This document shows positions 1 to 12,420 of a DNA stretch of 64,000 bases, piece by piece (the first letter of the stretch is position 1; the number at the start of each line of letters is the position of its first letter). The notes beneath the pieces were generated by a model, which was not told the origin of the DNA, made no database searches, and saw nothing but the letters and a program-made list of their open reading frames with translations. Where the stretch lies: the NCBI RefSeq assembly GCF_001194135.2, contig NC_068981.1, forward strand, positions 85,780,976-85,844,975. The letters are read 5' to 3'. The position numbers and the translations under genes were made by a program. Source of the stretch: Octopus bimaculoides. Lineage: Eukaryota.

Positions 1-103
1 TTGTATAGTATTGTTTACAAGTGTCACACAATGTCAAGATGAAGATATGCACACACATACATATGTACACACACACATGCACACGTACACACACACACAC
101 ACA

Positions 104-215
104 CCGCTACTAATCCCGTTTACAAGACTTTGATTAGCCTGTGGCTGTAGTAGCAGATACCCAAGGTAGTATGCTATGAGTTGGAATCCAAAACTGTGGG
201 GTTGGGAAGCAAGTG
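104..215 (-). mobile_element. Degraded tRNA-derived SINE family A fragment
   Basis: Weak reverse-complement similarity to the head/core of the full copy at 11297-11690, next to a (CA)n tract. Confidence 0.45.
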
Positions 216-584
216 GAATATGTTTCAAGGAAACTGTAGAAGCATGCTCTGTCTATGTGTGTGTGTGTGTATTGATTTGTTGAGTTGGTTAGGTCTGTCC
301 AGAGTTGCCTCTCTTCAGTATTTCCCATTGATAATGGTTAAGAAGCTAGAAACATCGATGTCTTGGAATCTGACAGGTGGCAGCACTGGACAGATATGGT
401 GTTTTTACACCTCTTTTTACTATAAGAGAGAATTTTTCTCCATGGTAACTGCAATGAATTTACTTTTAGCAATTGAAATATATCACAAATATATGTTAGC
501 TAACCTAAAGTTCACTTATGTCTAAACACTGCTTGGCACTGATATTACTGTTATATATACACACATACACACACACATATATCA

Positions 585-745
585 GGTAGGCTTCTTTCAG
601 TTTCCATCTGCTAAATCCACTCACAAAGCTTTTTATCAACCCAAGGCTGTAATAGAAGACACTTGCCCAAAGTACTGTGCAGTGAAACTTAAACCAAAAC
701 CATGTAGTCAGGAAGCACACTTCTTAACACACAGCCGTGCCTGCA
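585..745 (-). mobile_element. SINE family A, 5' half
   Basis: cttctttcagtttccatctgctaaatccactcacaaagct...gaagacacttgcccaa is the reverse complement of the family A head/core. Confidence 0.8.
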
Positions 746-1154
746 CCTCTGCCGATTAAAATAAATACCAGTCCAGGATGAGTTGAAATTCTGTCCAGTC
801 ATCAAAAGATGGTAACATTCTTGTCAGAAGTTGTGAGTTGACAGATAGCATCAATAATTTGGAAAAAAGAAAAAAAAAAATCAATGGAAATGTAGCTTCC
901 CTGGTTCCATTGGGAGAGCAACTGTCACCATCTCTTGAATATGAATACATATGTGCTTTAACCACCATTGTTTTTAAAGTTTGAGTTTTATTCACAAATG
1001 CTTTATTTTCTCCTCCTTCAATAAGTAGTGTCACATTTTTCTTGTTTCTTTTTGTGAAACATCCATTCATTCATCTCTAAACAAATTTACTTTTGTCACT
1101 TGTCAATTCTAATGGATAATAATATTTGGATAGAAGTTCTAGTTGTTTATGTTT

Positions 1155-1270
1155 GCATCATCATCATGGTCACTATGGTCATCGATGTCATTATCATCAT
1201 CATCATCATCATCACCATCACCACCACCACCACCACCACCACCACCACCACCACCACCATCATCATCATT
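1155..1270. repeat. Compound (CAT)n/(CAC)n microsatellite
   Basis: Directly visible triplet runs. Confidence 0.95.
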
Positions 1271-2324
1271 ATTAACTTAGAGAAGAAATTACATTACAAA
1301 GACAACACATGTGTTAAATTAGGACTTTAAACTCATGCATAATTGTTTGTTTTGTTTTTTTCTCACTGCACAAAGTTACATGTCAATCAGTTTCCCATGT
1401 GTGTATATATAAATTTTGATTTGTTTTGGCACTTGACTTTGTTGATAGCATTGTATTTGTTTCTGACATTAGTCTCTGTTCTTAATAAAACTTTAAAATG
1501 ATTGTGTTTTAAAGGTCGTTCATTTCTATCTTTGAGTAAAGTATATTAATCTATTAGCTGGTGGAGGTGGGTGAAGGTACTCTTAAGTACTGTTGTAATT
1601 TTGTGACAGTAGGCTTCTGATGAGAAAACATTATAGAAATATACCAAGATATTGTAATTCAAATATTCTATTTCCAGCATTAAAGAACTGATATAAAATA
1701 CTTATTTCTGCACACTACTGCTGAATTACTTTAAAACTATGTCAAACTTTGCAACATTTAAACTACTAGTGTGTATAGCATTAGTAATGTGTATACAAAT
1801 GTGGAATGGTATTAGCTTTGATATTTTATCTCAGAGAAGCCTCTCAAAAAGACTTGTATGATAAAAAGTCAGGGCTTTGTCCAGAGCATTGGTGGATCAT
1901 CAGAGACAGTATTTCAACCTGGTTTGGTCTCCTCAATGACAAAGACATGATGAGCTAAGCTGAAATGCTTGTTCTCGTATATAGAAATCAATAAAGTAAA
2001 CATTCACTGATATGTGGAATGTTAGCCATGCTAGAGTTAAATTAATAGACTCCCTTAAAACAGCTTTAGATTGCAATATCAGTGTGTATAATATTTATAA
2101 TGTTTAAGCTATGTATTACAGCAGTAGCTGTAATATTTTGGCTCGGAGAAATTTCTCTGTGAAGTTGTGAGTTAAATACACCAAATTCATGTGATTGGAC
2201 TTGAACATATAGACCTAGTGAATGAAGTACAGTAGCTACTCCAATGAAGTAGAATAGTGCCACAATGTACTGTAGATTTAAAATGCAATATATCAATATA
2301 TTGATTATGTATATATATAGCAAT

Positions 2325-2450
2325 CATGGCTGGACAGTCAAAATGTTAACTTTGCAACCATCTGGTTTTAATTTTGGTCTCATTTCATGATACCTTGAGT
2401 AAGTGTCTTCTATTATAGGTGGACCAATGTCTTCTGAATGAAATGTAGCA
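2325..2450 (+). mobile_element. Degraded SINE family A fragment
   Basis: gataccttgagtaagtgtcttctattatag resembles the core ggcaccttgggcaagtgtcttctactatag. Confidence 0.5.
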
Positions 2451-3513
2451 AATGAAAATTATATTGAAACCTGTTCTGTGTGTGTTTACACTTATATTTC
2501 CTAAAAAGCAGTACTCTTGTTACAACTGATTTATCTAACTAGGAAAGCACTCATTAACCTAAGTAAGTTGTATCTGCAAGATAAAATGAATTTGTTGACC
2601 AAAAATATCTTAACATTATGTAACTGTGTCACAACACTATCTTTGCTTATGACTGTCATTTGTCAAATAAATAAGCTGACTGAAGGAGTAACCTAGTGAT
2701 CTTACTGTAAAGAAGGACAAACATAAATTGGCTACTGGTGACAAGTTAAATCTCTTGGACTATCAAGTTCATCTTTCATGTCTTTGTCAGACAAATAGAA
2801 ACTTGTGATCTCAGAAATTCAGGCAATTAACCATTATTGATGGTGAGAAGTAGAAAAGTGAAATGAAAAATATTATATTCTTTAATTTTAGAAATCATTT
2901 CTTGAAATATAAAGTGTTTTTTGTTACATAAGAATATGAAGCAGAGTGACTAGCTTTAAATGGTTATTTCAAGGTGAGCTTACAACTATAAGGCTGTGTG
3001 TGTGAGTGACTCTATGCTAGATGGATTGTTTTGTTTGACCTTGTTTAATTGGTTTAGATTAGATGTCACTTTTTTTTTTCCAGTCAACTGGTCAATGACT
3101 AGAAAGACATTTAACTTACATATAACAAATATATATTTAGATTTCAAGGACTGGCCTTCCACCTGTTCCTCTTCTCCTTCCTCCTCCTCCTCTTCCTCCT
3201 CCTAATCATCATCATCATCATTGCCATTACTATTACTGCCACATTCATTTTTGAGTTCATTTCCCCGTGTTGCATATCATCTTTCATCATGATTGCATCA
3301 TTTTGAATGTGAACTCCAACATCTTGAGGTTGACCTTAAACATCCTCCCCACCATCTCTTCCTTAGTTTTCTAACGATATTTTCTGTTGTCACACTTCAT
3401 TGCCATGCAACTTCACACTCCCTATGGCTATAAAATAGTTAAAAAAAAAAATAGTAAAGAAAAGTTGTTATTGCTAATTTAAAAAGTAATCCTTTTTTTG
3501 GTTTGCCTTTCAG

Positions 3514-3708
3514 GAAATTCAGGAGTTACAAGAGCAGTTGCGTGATATGATGTTCCATTTAGAAGCACAACAAAAGCTTACTCGACAAGAAGGGCTTGAG
3601 GAAATATCTCAAGAAGAAATACAAGGAGGACAGGTAATTGTTGGTGCTTCTAGGACCACTAATTCTGTTTTAGGAAATTCTCGTCGCAGCAGACAAAGAA
3701 AGCATTGA
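3514..3708 (+). CDS. BRAP: Terminal coding exon of BRCA1-associated protein (BRAP/BRAP2/IMP): EIQELQEQLRDMMFHLEAQQKLTRQEGLEEISQEEIQGGQVIVGASRTTNSVLGNSRRSRQRKH*
   Basis: Acceptor ttttggtttgcctttcag at 3513, 64 open codons, TGA at 3706-3708. The peptide resembles the BRAP C-terminus as I recall it (EIQEQLRDVMFYLETQQK...QEIQEGQI..., basic tail). No upstream BRAP exon found in 1-3513. Candidate AATAAA at 3905-3910. Confidence 0.9.
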   Translation, partial: EIQELQEQLRDMMFHLEAQQKLTRQEGLEEISQEEIQGGQVIVGASRTTNSVLGNSRRSRQRKH

Positions 3709-4012
3709 TATTAAAATTGTCAATTTGCATTCACTATCAAAAAACGAATCCACTGTATATTGAAAATTAAAAATTTTATCTATATATTCCAATACAAACA
3801 ATTTAATGTTGTCCATTATAATTTCATTTTTAAATATTATTGGAAAATATCTTGCAAAGCTTTGTAGCTAAGTTTATTATAATGTATTAAAAGATTAAAA
3901 TATCAATAAAATAATGACTTCACTTATTCATTTGAAATTCTTGAAACTTTTCATTTGTTTGCTTAACTCTTCAACATTTTGATTATTCTGTCATATATAT
4001 TGCTTATCTATT

Positions 4013-4260
4013 CATCATCATCTTCATCATCATCCTTTAATGTCCGTTTTCCATGCTGGCATGGGTTGGATGGTTTGACCAGAGCTAGCAAGAAGAGTTG
4101 CATCAAGTTCCAGTCTGATTTGGCTTGGTTTCTATGGCTGGATGCCCTTCCTAATGCCAACCACTTCACAGTGTGTGCTGGGATGCTATTAGCATGGTAC
4201 TGGCATGAGCACTTTTATGTAGCACCAGCATAAGTACTTATGTGGCACCAGCACAGGATT
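4013..4260 (-). mobile_element. 5'-truncated 3' end of the RTE LINE family
   Basis: tcatcatc...tttaatgtccgttttccatgctggcatgggtt...ggctggatgcccttc is the reverse complement of the RTE 3' end at 9740-9906, including the (GAT)n tail. Confidence 0.85.
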
Positions 4261-4315
4261 CTTGCAGGCCAAAATTCATTCATTCATTTATTTATTTATT
4301 TTTATTATTATTATT

Positions 4316-4749
4316 GCCTTTGCACAGCTTCTAATGCTGGAGATGTACTACGGTGTCAGCTGTTCACTATCAGTGAACTGAGGTAACACCTCTTATTTTT
4401 CAAGCACCTTCTGGAGTATTCAAGCAGTTCCAAGCAGTGCTGTTTTCTGCAAGTGCTCCACCCTTATTGCAGCCCCTATTTGTTCCACATACTTCTCAAG
4501 ATTTTTACTCACTATTCTCAGGGCTCCAACAATTATTGGTACCACTACCACCATTTTCATTGACCACAACTGCTTTACCCCCCAAGCTAACCTGTCATAC
4601 CTATCAACTTTTCTTTCTTCCTTATCACATACCTTGTTGTCAGCTGGGCATGCTATATCTATGATCCTGCTTAGTTTGATTTCTTTCTCAATTAAGACTC
4701 TGTCTGGCTTCCTATTATCTATCTCATGGTCGCACTGAATCATAAAATC
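4316..4749 (-). mobile_element. 3' fragment of a REL-endonuclease non-LTR retrotransposon (HERO/R4-like), flanked by (TAA)n
   Basis: ORF 4420-4776 encodes NRKPDRVLIEKE...IIDIACP...KEERKVDRY...VVVPIIVGALRIVSKNL...LQKTALLGTA, a PD-(D/E)xK REL C-terminus. ATT/TAA runs lie at both ends. Confidence 0.85.
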
Positions 4750-6199
4750 ATTATTATTATTATTCATAGTGTTCATTCAAGATTATATACAAATGTGGGT
4801 GGCAATATCCACCTCACTCTTTACCAAAACCAACTACAGAGAGGGGGCTGTAGAAATGAAATAAGCTAAAAGTAACACTAATGATGACTCCCCCCAGAAT
4901 GGCTACAGGCAATGATTTAAACAGGTAAAAAGAGTAAGAGTCATTTATATCTAAATAAGTGGTTTGGCAAAGGTTTTGATACATTTTCTGACTTACCGCT
5001 TTTGAACCATAAGCTAACCATTTAAACTGACCCCTCAGTATATAACTTCTTAATCTCTCTCAGCCTTTGTTCCTCCTTAATTCTTCATGTAATTTTGCTA
5101 AGATAATTTCTTGTCTCTTTGCATGTTTAATTTCTCATCCGTTATGAACACTTTAAATGAATATTATTTACCAATTGCTAGTTTCGTAAGCCAATTTAAT
5201 TTCCTAATATCTCTCTCTTTGTTCCTCCTAAATTCTTCATGGAATTTTGCTAAGCTGAAAATCTGCCTCATACCATCTCCCCAAATTAGACCTTGCTTGT
5301 TTGTGGTGCGCCCGCCCTTTCCCACCCCACCACCAATACTGGATATCTCTGTCTCTATCTCTCTCTCTCTCCCTCCTCCCACCATCTACACCAGATATCT
5401 CTCTCTCCTCCCACCACCATTACCAGATATCTCTTCTCTCAACCCTGCTCTTCACNNNNNNNNNNNNNNNNNNNNNNNNNNNNNNNNNNNNNNNNNNNNN
5501 NNNNNNNNNNNNNNNNNNNNNNNNNNNNNNNNNNNNNNNNNNNNNNNNNNNNNNNNNNNNNNNNNNNNNNNNNNNNNNNNNNNNNNNNNNNNNNNNNNNN
5601 NNNNNNNNNNNNNNNNNNNNNNNNNNNNNNNNNNNNNNNNNNNNNNNNNNNNNNNNNNNNNNNNNNNNNNNNNNNNNNNNNNNNNNCTCTCTCTCTCTCT
5701 CTTTCTTGGGACAAATACAACTAGCTTAGCTGCCTACCTACTTAACCCGGCTATCTTTCGTTTTGTTTTGTCTAGAAATTTGTCAACAGCTACCCAGTTA
5801 TTTTCCATAGACATATCAAAGTGAAAGAGAAAGCTAATGGGCTGTACGTGCATGTTTTTCCTCTGTGTGTATGTGTGCGTGCATACTTGTTTTTGTCTGT
5901 GTGTGTGTGTGCATGTGTGCTTATGTGTATGTATGGTCGAGCTCGTTTCTTCTCTTTCTCTGTCCGAACCCCCCCTCCCTCACTGGTGGTACCCTCCGTC
6001 ATACCTGCAATCTCCTCTCCCTAGACAAATGCTACTAGTTTAGCTGACACCCTACTTAATCTAACATTGGAATATTCATATTTGCAACACCAGTAATGCT
6101 TAAATTTAAGTTTTTACGATTTCCATAATGCATATATTTACAACGCCGCTAATACCTACTCCTACCCCCAGTAGAAACAACAATCTTAACACGCTTGAA

Positions 6200-9100
6200 T
6201 GTTTGAATGATGTCAGATCGGAAGTGAGAGCAGGTGAATGACAAATGAATGACAACCTCCTTCTTTTCAGGCGCTGAATAATATCTCCCCTTCCCAAGCC
6301 TCTCCCCACATTCCTTTCCCAGTTTTCAGAGTTGGCACTGTCAATGCAGGCACACTGAAAGGTAGGTCTAGTGAGATTGTAGAAATGCTTGAAAGGAGAA
6401 GTGTCGATGTATGTTGCATACAAGAGGTAAGATGGAGAGGAGCTTCAGCTAGGGTCCTCACAGGCAAGGTACATAGGTATAAAATCTTCTGGCAAGGTAA
6501 CACGGATGGAGTAGGGGGTGTAGGCATACTCCTTGCAGAGAAATGGGTGGATAAGGTCATAGAGGTTGTCAGGGTATGCGATAGAGTGCTTAGGCTCAGG
6601 CTAAGTAGAACAGTACAGCTACAATTATCTCTGCCTATGCCCCACAAGCGGGCCTACCAAATGATCAGAAGGACCATTTTTATGATACCCTCCTACAGGC
6701 TACCTCAAAGACGAGTTGCAATGACTTCAGCTTTGCAGCTAGAGATTTTAATGGGCATGTTGGATGGCAATCCAGTATCTTCACTGGTGTACACGGGGGC
6801 CATGATATTGGTTCCCGAAACTAAGAGGGAACTAGGCTTTTGGAGTTCTGTGATGCATGTAACCTTTTAATCTGCAACACTAACTTCTGGAAGCCAGACA
6901 GCTATCTGATAACCTATCAATCAGGTGACTCTGCTAGCCAGATTTCAACCTCACCGTACAGCGGGACGCAGGGTTGCTCTTAAATACAAAGAGCCTACTG
7001 AATGAAGAATATACCCCAAGCATAGACTAGTCATTAGTGACTTTAGACTCGAGGCCAGAAGGATGCCAAGAAACAGACCAATCCCAAAAAGAAGGATTTG
7101 GAAGTTTAAGGACCCTTCATATGGTCAGAGATTTAGGGACATCCTAATTGAGAAATTTGATGAGAGGGAGGAGGAGCTACAGACCTCGAACATAGAAGGT
7201 AGTTGGAAATTCCTACGGGATAGCTTACTAAGTGCCACAGACCAAGTCTGCAGATGGTGCAAAATCCTTTCCAGACCTAGAGTAACGTGTTGGTGGAATA
7301 ATACGATAGACAAAGCCATTAGAGCAAAGAAACAGGCCTGGAAAGCCTGGAAGAGTTGGGGTAGCATGGAACTGTACCAGATAGCTAGGAAGGAGGCTGG
7401 GCGACAGTTATACATAGCCAAGGGCAAAGCAGATAGCTTTGCCAATGTTCAGCGATGTGAGGACCAAAGAACTGAAGTATTTCGGATTGCAAGATAATGT
7501 GTGAGAGAAAATTGCGATGTTACAGGAGAGAAATGTGTCCGCATGGATGATGGTGCACTTGCTTTTAATGATTCTGAAAAGAAAGAGGCTTGGAGAAGCC
7601 ATTATGAAAGACTGCTGAACGTGGAGAATGAATGGGAGGAAAAGAGCCTGCCAGATGCTGACCCAATAGAGGGACCAGTTATCCGAATAGACAGCACCCT
7701 GGTAGATAAAGAAATTAAGGGTATGAAGCCAGGAAAAGCCCCCGGGCCATCAGGAATCACTGCTGAGATGCTTAAAATATCTGGTGGTGTGTGTTATGGC
7801 CTAGTCACCCGTATTGTAAACCAAGTAGTTCATGATGGAGTCATACCCAATGACTGGCATAGCAGCACCATAGTCAACTGCTACAAGGGTAAAGGCGATG
7901 CTTTAGATAGAAATAACTACAGGGGTATCAAACTGCTGGATCAGGTGATGAAGGTCACGGAGAGGATCATAGCCCAACTAATTAGGGAGAGAGTCTTCTT
8001 AGATGAGATCCAGTTCGGTTTTGTGCCAGGTAGAATCACCACTGATGCTATATTCCTGGTAAGGCAACTGCAGGAGAAATATCTAGCCAAAGATAAACCC
8101 CTATACTTGGCTTTTGTGGACTTGGAGAAAGCCTTTGACAGGATCCCCCGATCCCTTATCTGGTGGGCGATGCAGAAACTAGGGATTGACGAATAGTTAA
8201 TAAGGGCTGTACAGGCCCTATACAGAGATGCCGTTGGTAAGGTTAGGGTTGGCAATGAGTATAGGGAAGAATTCCGAGTAGAAGTAGGGGTCCACCAAGG
8301 ATTAACCCTCAGCCCCCTCTTATTCATCATAGTCCTCCAGGCAATAACAGAGGAATTCAAGACAAGTTGCCCCTGGGAGCTCCTCTATGCTGATGACCTG
8401 GCCTTCATAGCAGAATCACTACCAGAACTAGAGAAGAAATTTCAAGTGTGGAAGCAAGGTTTAGAATCGAAGGTCCTTAGAGTCAATGTCGCAAAAACCA
8501 AAGTCCTAGTAAGTGGGAAGGCGAATACATCACACACCCCTTCAGGTAGATGGCCATGCTCGATCCGTAGAAAGGGTGTAGATAGAAAATCTATATGATG
8601 TACCCAGTGTAAGCTATGGACACATAAGAGGTGCAGCAACATCAAAGGAAGGTTAACCGGGAAGATAGTTTTCGTGTGCGGCAGATGCACAGGGGCAATA
8701 AACATCACAGATGCTCAGAAAACAGATTCCATCACATGCCAGGGGGAGAAACTAGAAGTGGTTGATAGCTTCCGCTACCTAGATTACCAAGTCTGTAGTG
8801 GGGATGGATGCTCAGAGAGCGTTATCACTAGAATAAGAATAACCTGGGCAAAGTTCAGAAAGCTTCTACCCCTACTGGTGACAAAGGGCCTCTCGCTCAG
8901 AGTAAAAGCTAGATTGTACGATGCATGTGTGCGAACTGCTATGTTTCATGGCAGTGAAACATGGGCCGTGACTGCAGAAGATATGCGTAGGCTCGAAAGA
9001 AATGAAGCTAGCATGATCCGTTGGATGTATAATGTCAGTGTGCACATACGACAGAGTGTAAGCACCCCGAGAGAAATGTTGGACATAAGAAGCATCGGAT

Positions 9101-9906
9101 GTGGCGTGCAAGAGAGACGTCCGTGCTGGTATGGTCATGTACTACAGATGGATGAGGAGAGCTGTGTGAAGAAGTGCCACTCTCAAACAGTGGAAGGAGG
9201 GAAACCCAGGAAGACATGGGATGAGGTGGTGAAGCATGACCCTCCATCGTTGGGCCTCACAGAGGCAATGACGAAAGATCGAGACCTCTGCAGATATGCT
9301 GTAACTGAGAAGACCCGGAAAATAATGTGAAATCACACCTGTAGCCCACAGCAGTGTAGCATAAACAGGCCACTCAAAATAGTACTTTTGGATCGTAGGG
9401 CGACCTGCTGTGCTTGAGGAGACCTATTGAGTTAATTATATCAACATCAAAATCAAACCAAACCACAATCAAATGGAAATTGTTGTGGATGATGCCAGCG
9501 CCGCCTGCCTGGCTCCCCGTACCGGCGAAACGAAAAAGGCACCATCCGAACGTGGTCGATGCCAGGCCCCTCGCCACGACTGGCTCCTGTGCCAGTGGCA
9601 CGTAAAAAGCACCATCCGAATGTGGCCGATGTCAGCGGCGCCTTGATGGGCTCCCGTGCCGGTGGCACGTAAAAGCACCATCCAAACGTGGTCGATGCCA
9701 GCGTCCTCTGACTCCTGTGCCGGTGGCACGTAAAAGGCACCCACTACACTCTCGGAGTGGTTGATGTTAAGAAGGGCATCCAGCTGTAGAAACACTGCCA
9801 GATCAGATTGGAGCCTGGTAGCCTCCTGGCTTCCCAGACCCCAGTCGAACCGTCGAACCCATGCCAACATGGAAAACGGACGTTAAACGATGATGATGAT
9901 GATGAT
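6200..9906 (+). mobile_element. Near-full-length RTE-clade LINE, inactivated (APE endonuclease + reverse transcriptase)
   Basis: APE motifs VGTVNAGTL (6331), CIQEVRWRG, SAYAPQ and DFNGHVG, with a frameshift near 6605. One frame runs 7063-9330 with RT motifs NYRGIKLL, QFGFVPG, AFVDLEKAFD, GVHQG and YADD (8386-8397), broken by stops at 7495, 8194 and 8596. 3' UTR ends in (GAT)n at 9889-9906. The 5' boundary is uncertain. Confidence 0.95.
9485..9742 (+). repeat. Four tandem 66-70 bp units in the RTE 3' UTR
   Basis: Units start gtgg(a/t/c)(t/c)gatg at 9485, 9552, 9622 and 9688, and share ggcacgtaaaaagcaccatccgaa-like text. Confidence 0.9.
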
Positions 9907-9991
9907 GGAGTCATCTGTTGTCAGCACTTGTCTCAATCATGTCTGGCAGGTTGGGCGGTCAACTAACTTGACTCCTGGTAACTTTATGTTA

Positions 9992-10900
9992 CTAGACTAC
10001 CCGTGACCCGTTGGGTTACCGGGAAACTCTGAGTTTCTCAGCAATGGAGTTTTGTTTCGAAGGTTTTTTTATTTTCCACGTTTTCACATGTCTTCAACGA
10101 ATGACATCGAAATCACGCGTAAATGGCTCCTTTCCCCAGAAAAGGAAAGATTTGGCTGCTATTTCTTGCATGCCATGCTACCACGTAACTGGTATTTCGG
10201 GTCCTATATCGTAAATAGCAGTTACGTGGTAGTATGGTATGCTAGAAATAGCAGCCAAATCTTTGGAGGTGAAATACGCTGAATGTACTCGAAAAATCCT
10301 ATGGAAGAAAAAATTCACACCGAGGTTACAAACGGGTTTTTTTAATGAAATATTTACCATACTTTTAAAGTTATTTTCACTTCAAAATATTTTTTAAATA
10401 TGTCAAAAAAAATTTTTGTAATGATATTCACTTGAAAATAATTTTAAAAAACATTGTCTGTTTAAAGAAGGCTAAAATATAAATACTTACTGTACAAACA
10501 GTTTACATTTTTGAAATCACATTCACTTAAAAATATTTCTAAATGATTAAAATATTGTTTAACAAAAGCGAAAATAGAAACATTTACTGTAAAAAAATTC
10601 GTATTTTTCCGTTGTCATGTCACTGTGTCTAATAGAAAGATAAGAGTTTCTTTCCTTTCAGGTTGAAGATTATTTTCAGAATATTTTCCCATTATGCACC
10701 GTTTTGGGTGTTTATACCGGAAAACCTCTAATATCTTTAAAACTACTTCTCCGATTTACACGAAACTTGTTTTATTCTGTTCATATTAACATTTCAGGGT
10801 AAGCTTTAATTCATAGTATTTTCCCATTATGCGCCAGTTTGGCTGGGTAACATTGCAAGCAAGCAAGCAAGATTCAAGCTTACTTTTAATGTATTATAGA
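9992..10900 (-). mobile_element. Non-autonomous Helitron
   Basis: On the - strand: 5' A|TCtataatacattaaaa (10900) and 3' CTAG|T (9992-9995), preceded by the subterminal hairpin cccggtaaccc-aac-gggtcacggg. No TSD. Confidence 0.85.
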
Positions 10901-10929
10901 TAGTTGCTGTCTTCCTCATTCATCAGCCA

Positions 10930-11130
10930 AATATTTAGTATTTGCTACTCTGTGCTTATCCATAACATTGTTTTGAATTAATCATGCATTATCTTGTAGC
11001 CTTGAGATTTTGATGATGTGATTGTTTATTTTTAGAATGACATTGCAGGGTAGGTGTGAGAGGCTTGATCTGGTCAGTTTGAACACAAAATACGGGCCAG
11101 ATATGACCAGTTTGATTGCCAAAGGGTTAA
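10930..11130. mobile_element. piggyBac-like MITE, one end missing
   Basis: Ends ...tgccaaaggg|TTAA at 11126-11130; internal sequence is shared with 62731-62950. Confidence 0.5.
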
Positions 11131-11296
11131 ACTTATATTTTTTAGAATATATATTGAGAGTCATAATGTTTTCCCTTATGGTAGAATAAATATTTTCTGT
11201 AGCTTTATTGGGATGTACTTATTTAAAGGTTTAACTAGTTATATATTTAATAAAATCCAATTTCTTATTAAAAACAATTTCAAAGAAAATTATACA

Positions 11297-11690
11297 GGAG
11301 TGGCTGTGTGGTAAGTAGCTTGCTTACCAACCACATGGTTCCGGGTTCAGTCCCACTGCGTGGCACCTTGGGCAAGTGTCTTCTACTATAGCCTCGGGCC
11401 AACCAAAGCCTTGTGAGTGGATTTGGTAGACGGAAACTGAAAGAAGCCCGTCGTATATATGTATATATATATGTGTGTGTGTTTGTGTGTTTGTTCCCCC
11501 ACCATCGCTTGACAACCGATGCTGGTGTGTTTACGTCCCCGTAACTTAGCGGTTCGGCAAAAAGAGACCGATAGAATAAATACTAAGCTTCCAAAGAATA
11601 AGTCCTGGGGTCGATTTTCTCGACTAAAAGCGGTGCTCCAGCATGGCCGCAGTCAAATGACTGAAACAAGTAAAAGAGTAAAAGAGTAAA
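11297..11690 (+). mobile_element. Full-length tRNA-derived SINE family A (~390 bp)
   Basis: tRNA-like head with B-box-like ggttcagtccc, core ggcaccttgggcaagtgtcttc, central (TA)/(TG) tract and (aaagagt)n tail; many dispersed copies in the window. Confidence 0.92.
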
Positions 11691-12261
11691 TGACCATTTA
11701 ACTGGCACACCTTGAGTGAGATTGTTGGACAATAACCATAGTCTCAGTTGACCACTCTTGAAATGCAACAGGAAAGTTTAATGATAATTGCTTCTGATAG
11801 TAGGAGGTACCTGAGAATTCTATTCCCATGATCCTCTTAAGAATACCATGAAGCGAAAATGGATGGCTGGATGGGTAGAAATTTGAAACTGTTAAATTCA
11901 TAATCAACATCAGCTCTAAAGAACAAGGGTTTAACATTTGATTTATTGCAGAGATTTTTTTGAGTACTATGAAAATATTTACAATTTTTTTTTTTTTACC
12001 AAAACCTGATGGTTTTTAAGTGCGTCGCACCAAAAAAAAATGAGCCGAAATCTCTCTGGAGGGGCTGGTAATGGTGGTGGTGGTGGTAGTGGTGGAGAAG
12101 GTAGAAAAAGAATCACAAATTTTTCAAATTATTTTGTTGTAAAAAGATACCCACCAGGTTGTCTGAAAGCTGTGGTGAAAAAATAAAAATTGGAAAAATC
12201 TCCATCAAAATGGAGAAAATCTAACTTCTGTAGGAGTCCTTATCCAGAACTCTTCTCTTAG

Positions 12262-12420
12262 ATGCAGGCATTGCTGTGCGGATTCAGAATTCACATTGTA
12301 ACCACATGGTTTTGAGTTCTAACCCACTGTATGGCACTGGGCAAGTGTCTTGTACTGTAGCCTTGGGCTGACTAGTGTCTTGAGAATGGAGTTGGTAGAC
12401 AAAAAATATGGAAGCCAACT
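12262..12420 (+). mobile_element. SINE family A, degraded 5' half
   Basis: accacatggttttgagttctaacccactgtatggcactgggcaagtgtctt matches the head/core. Confidence 0.7.

Noticed and set aside
1-3513. Search for the penultimate BRAP exon
   Set aside because: No segment with splice sites and BRAP-like coiled-coil sequence was found, so this is treated as intron.
9485-9742. Regularly spaced repeats resembling a CRISPR array
   Set aside because: Whole units are homologous with no unique spacers, they lie in a LINE 3' UTR, and the context is eukaryotic.
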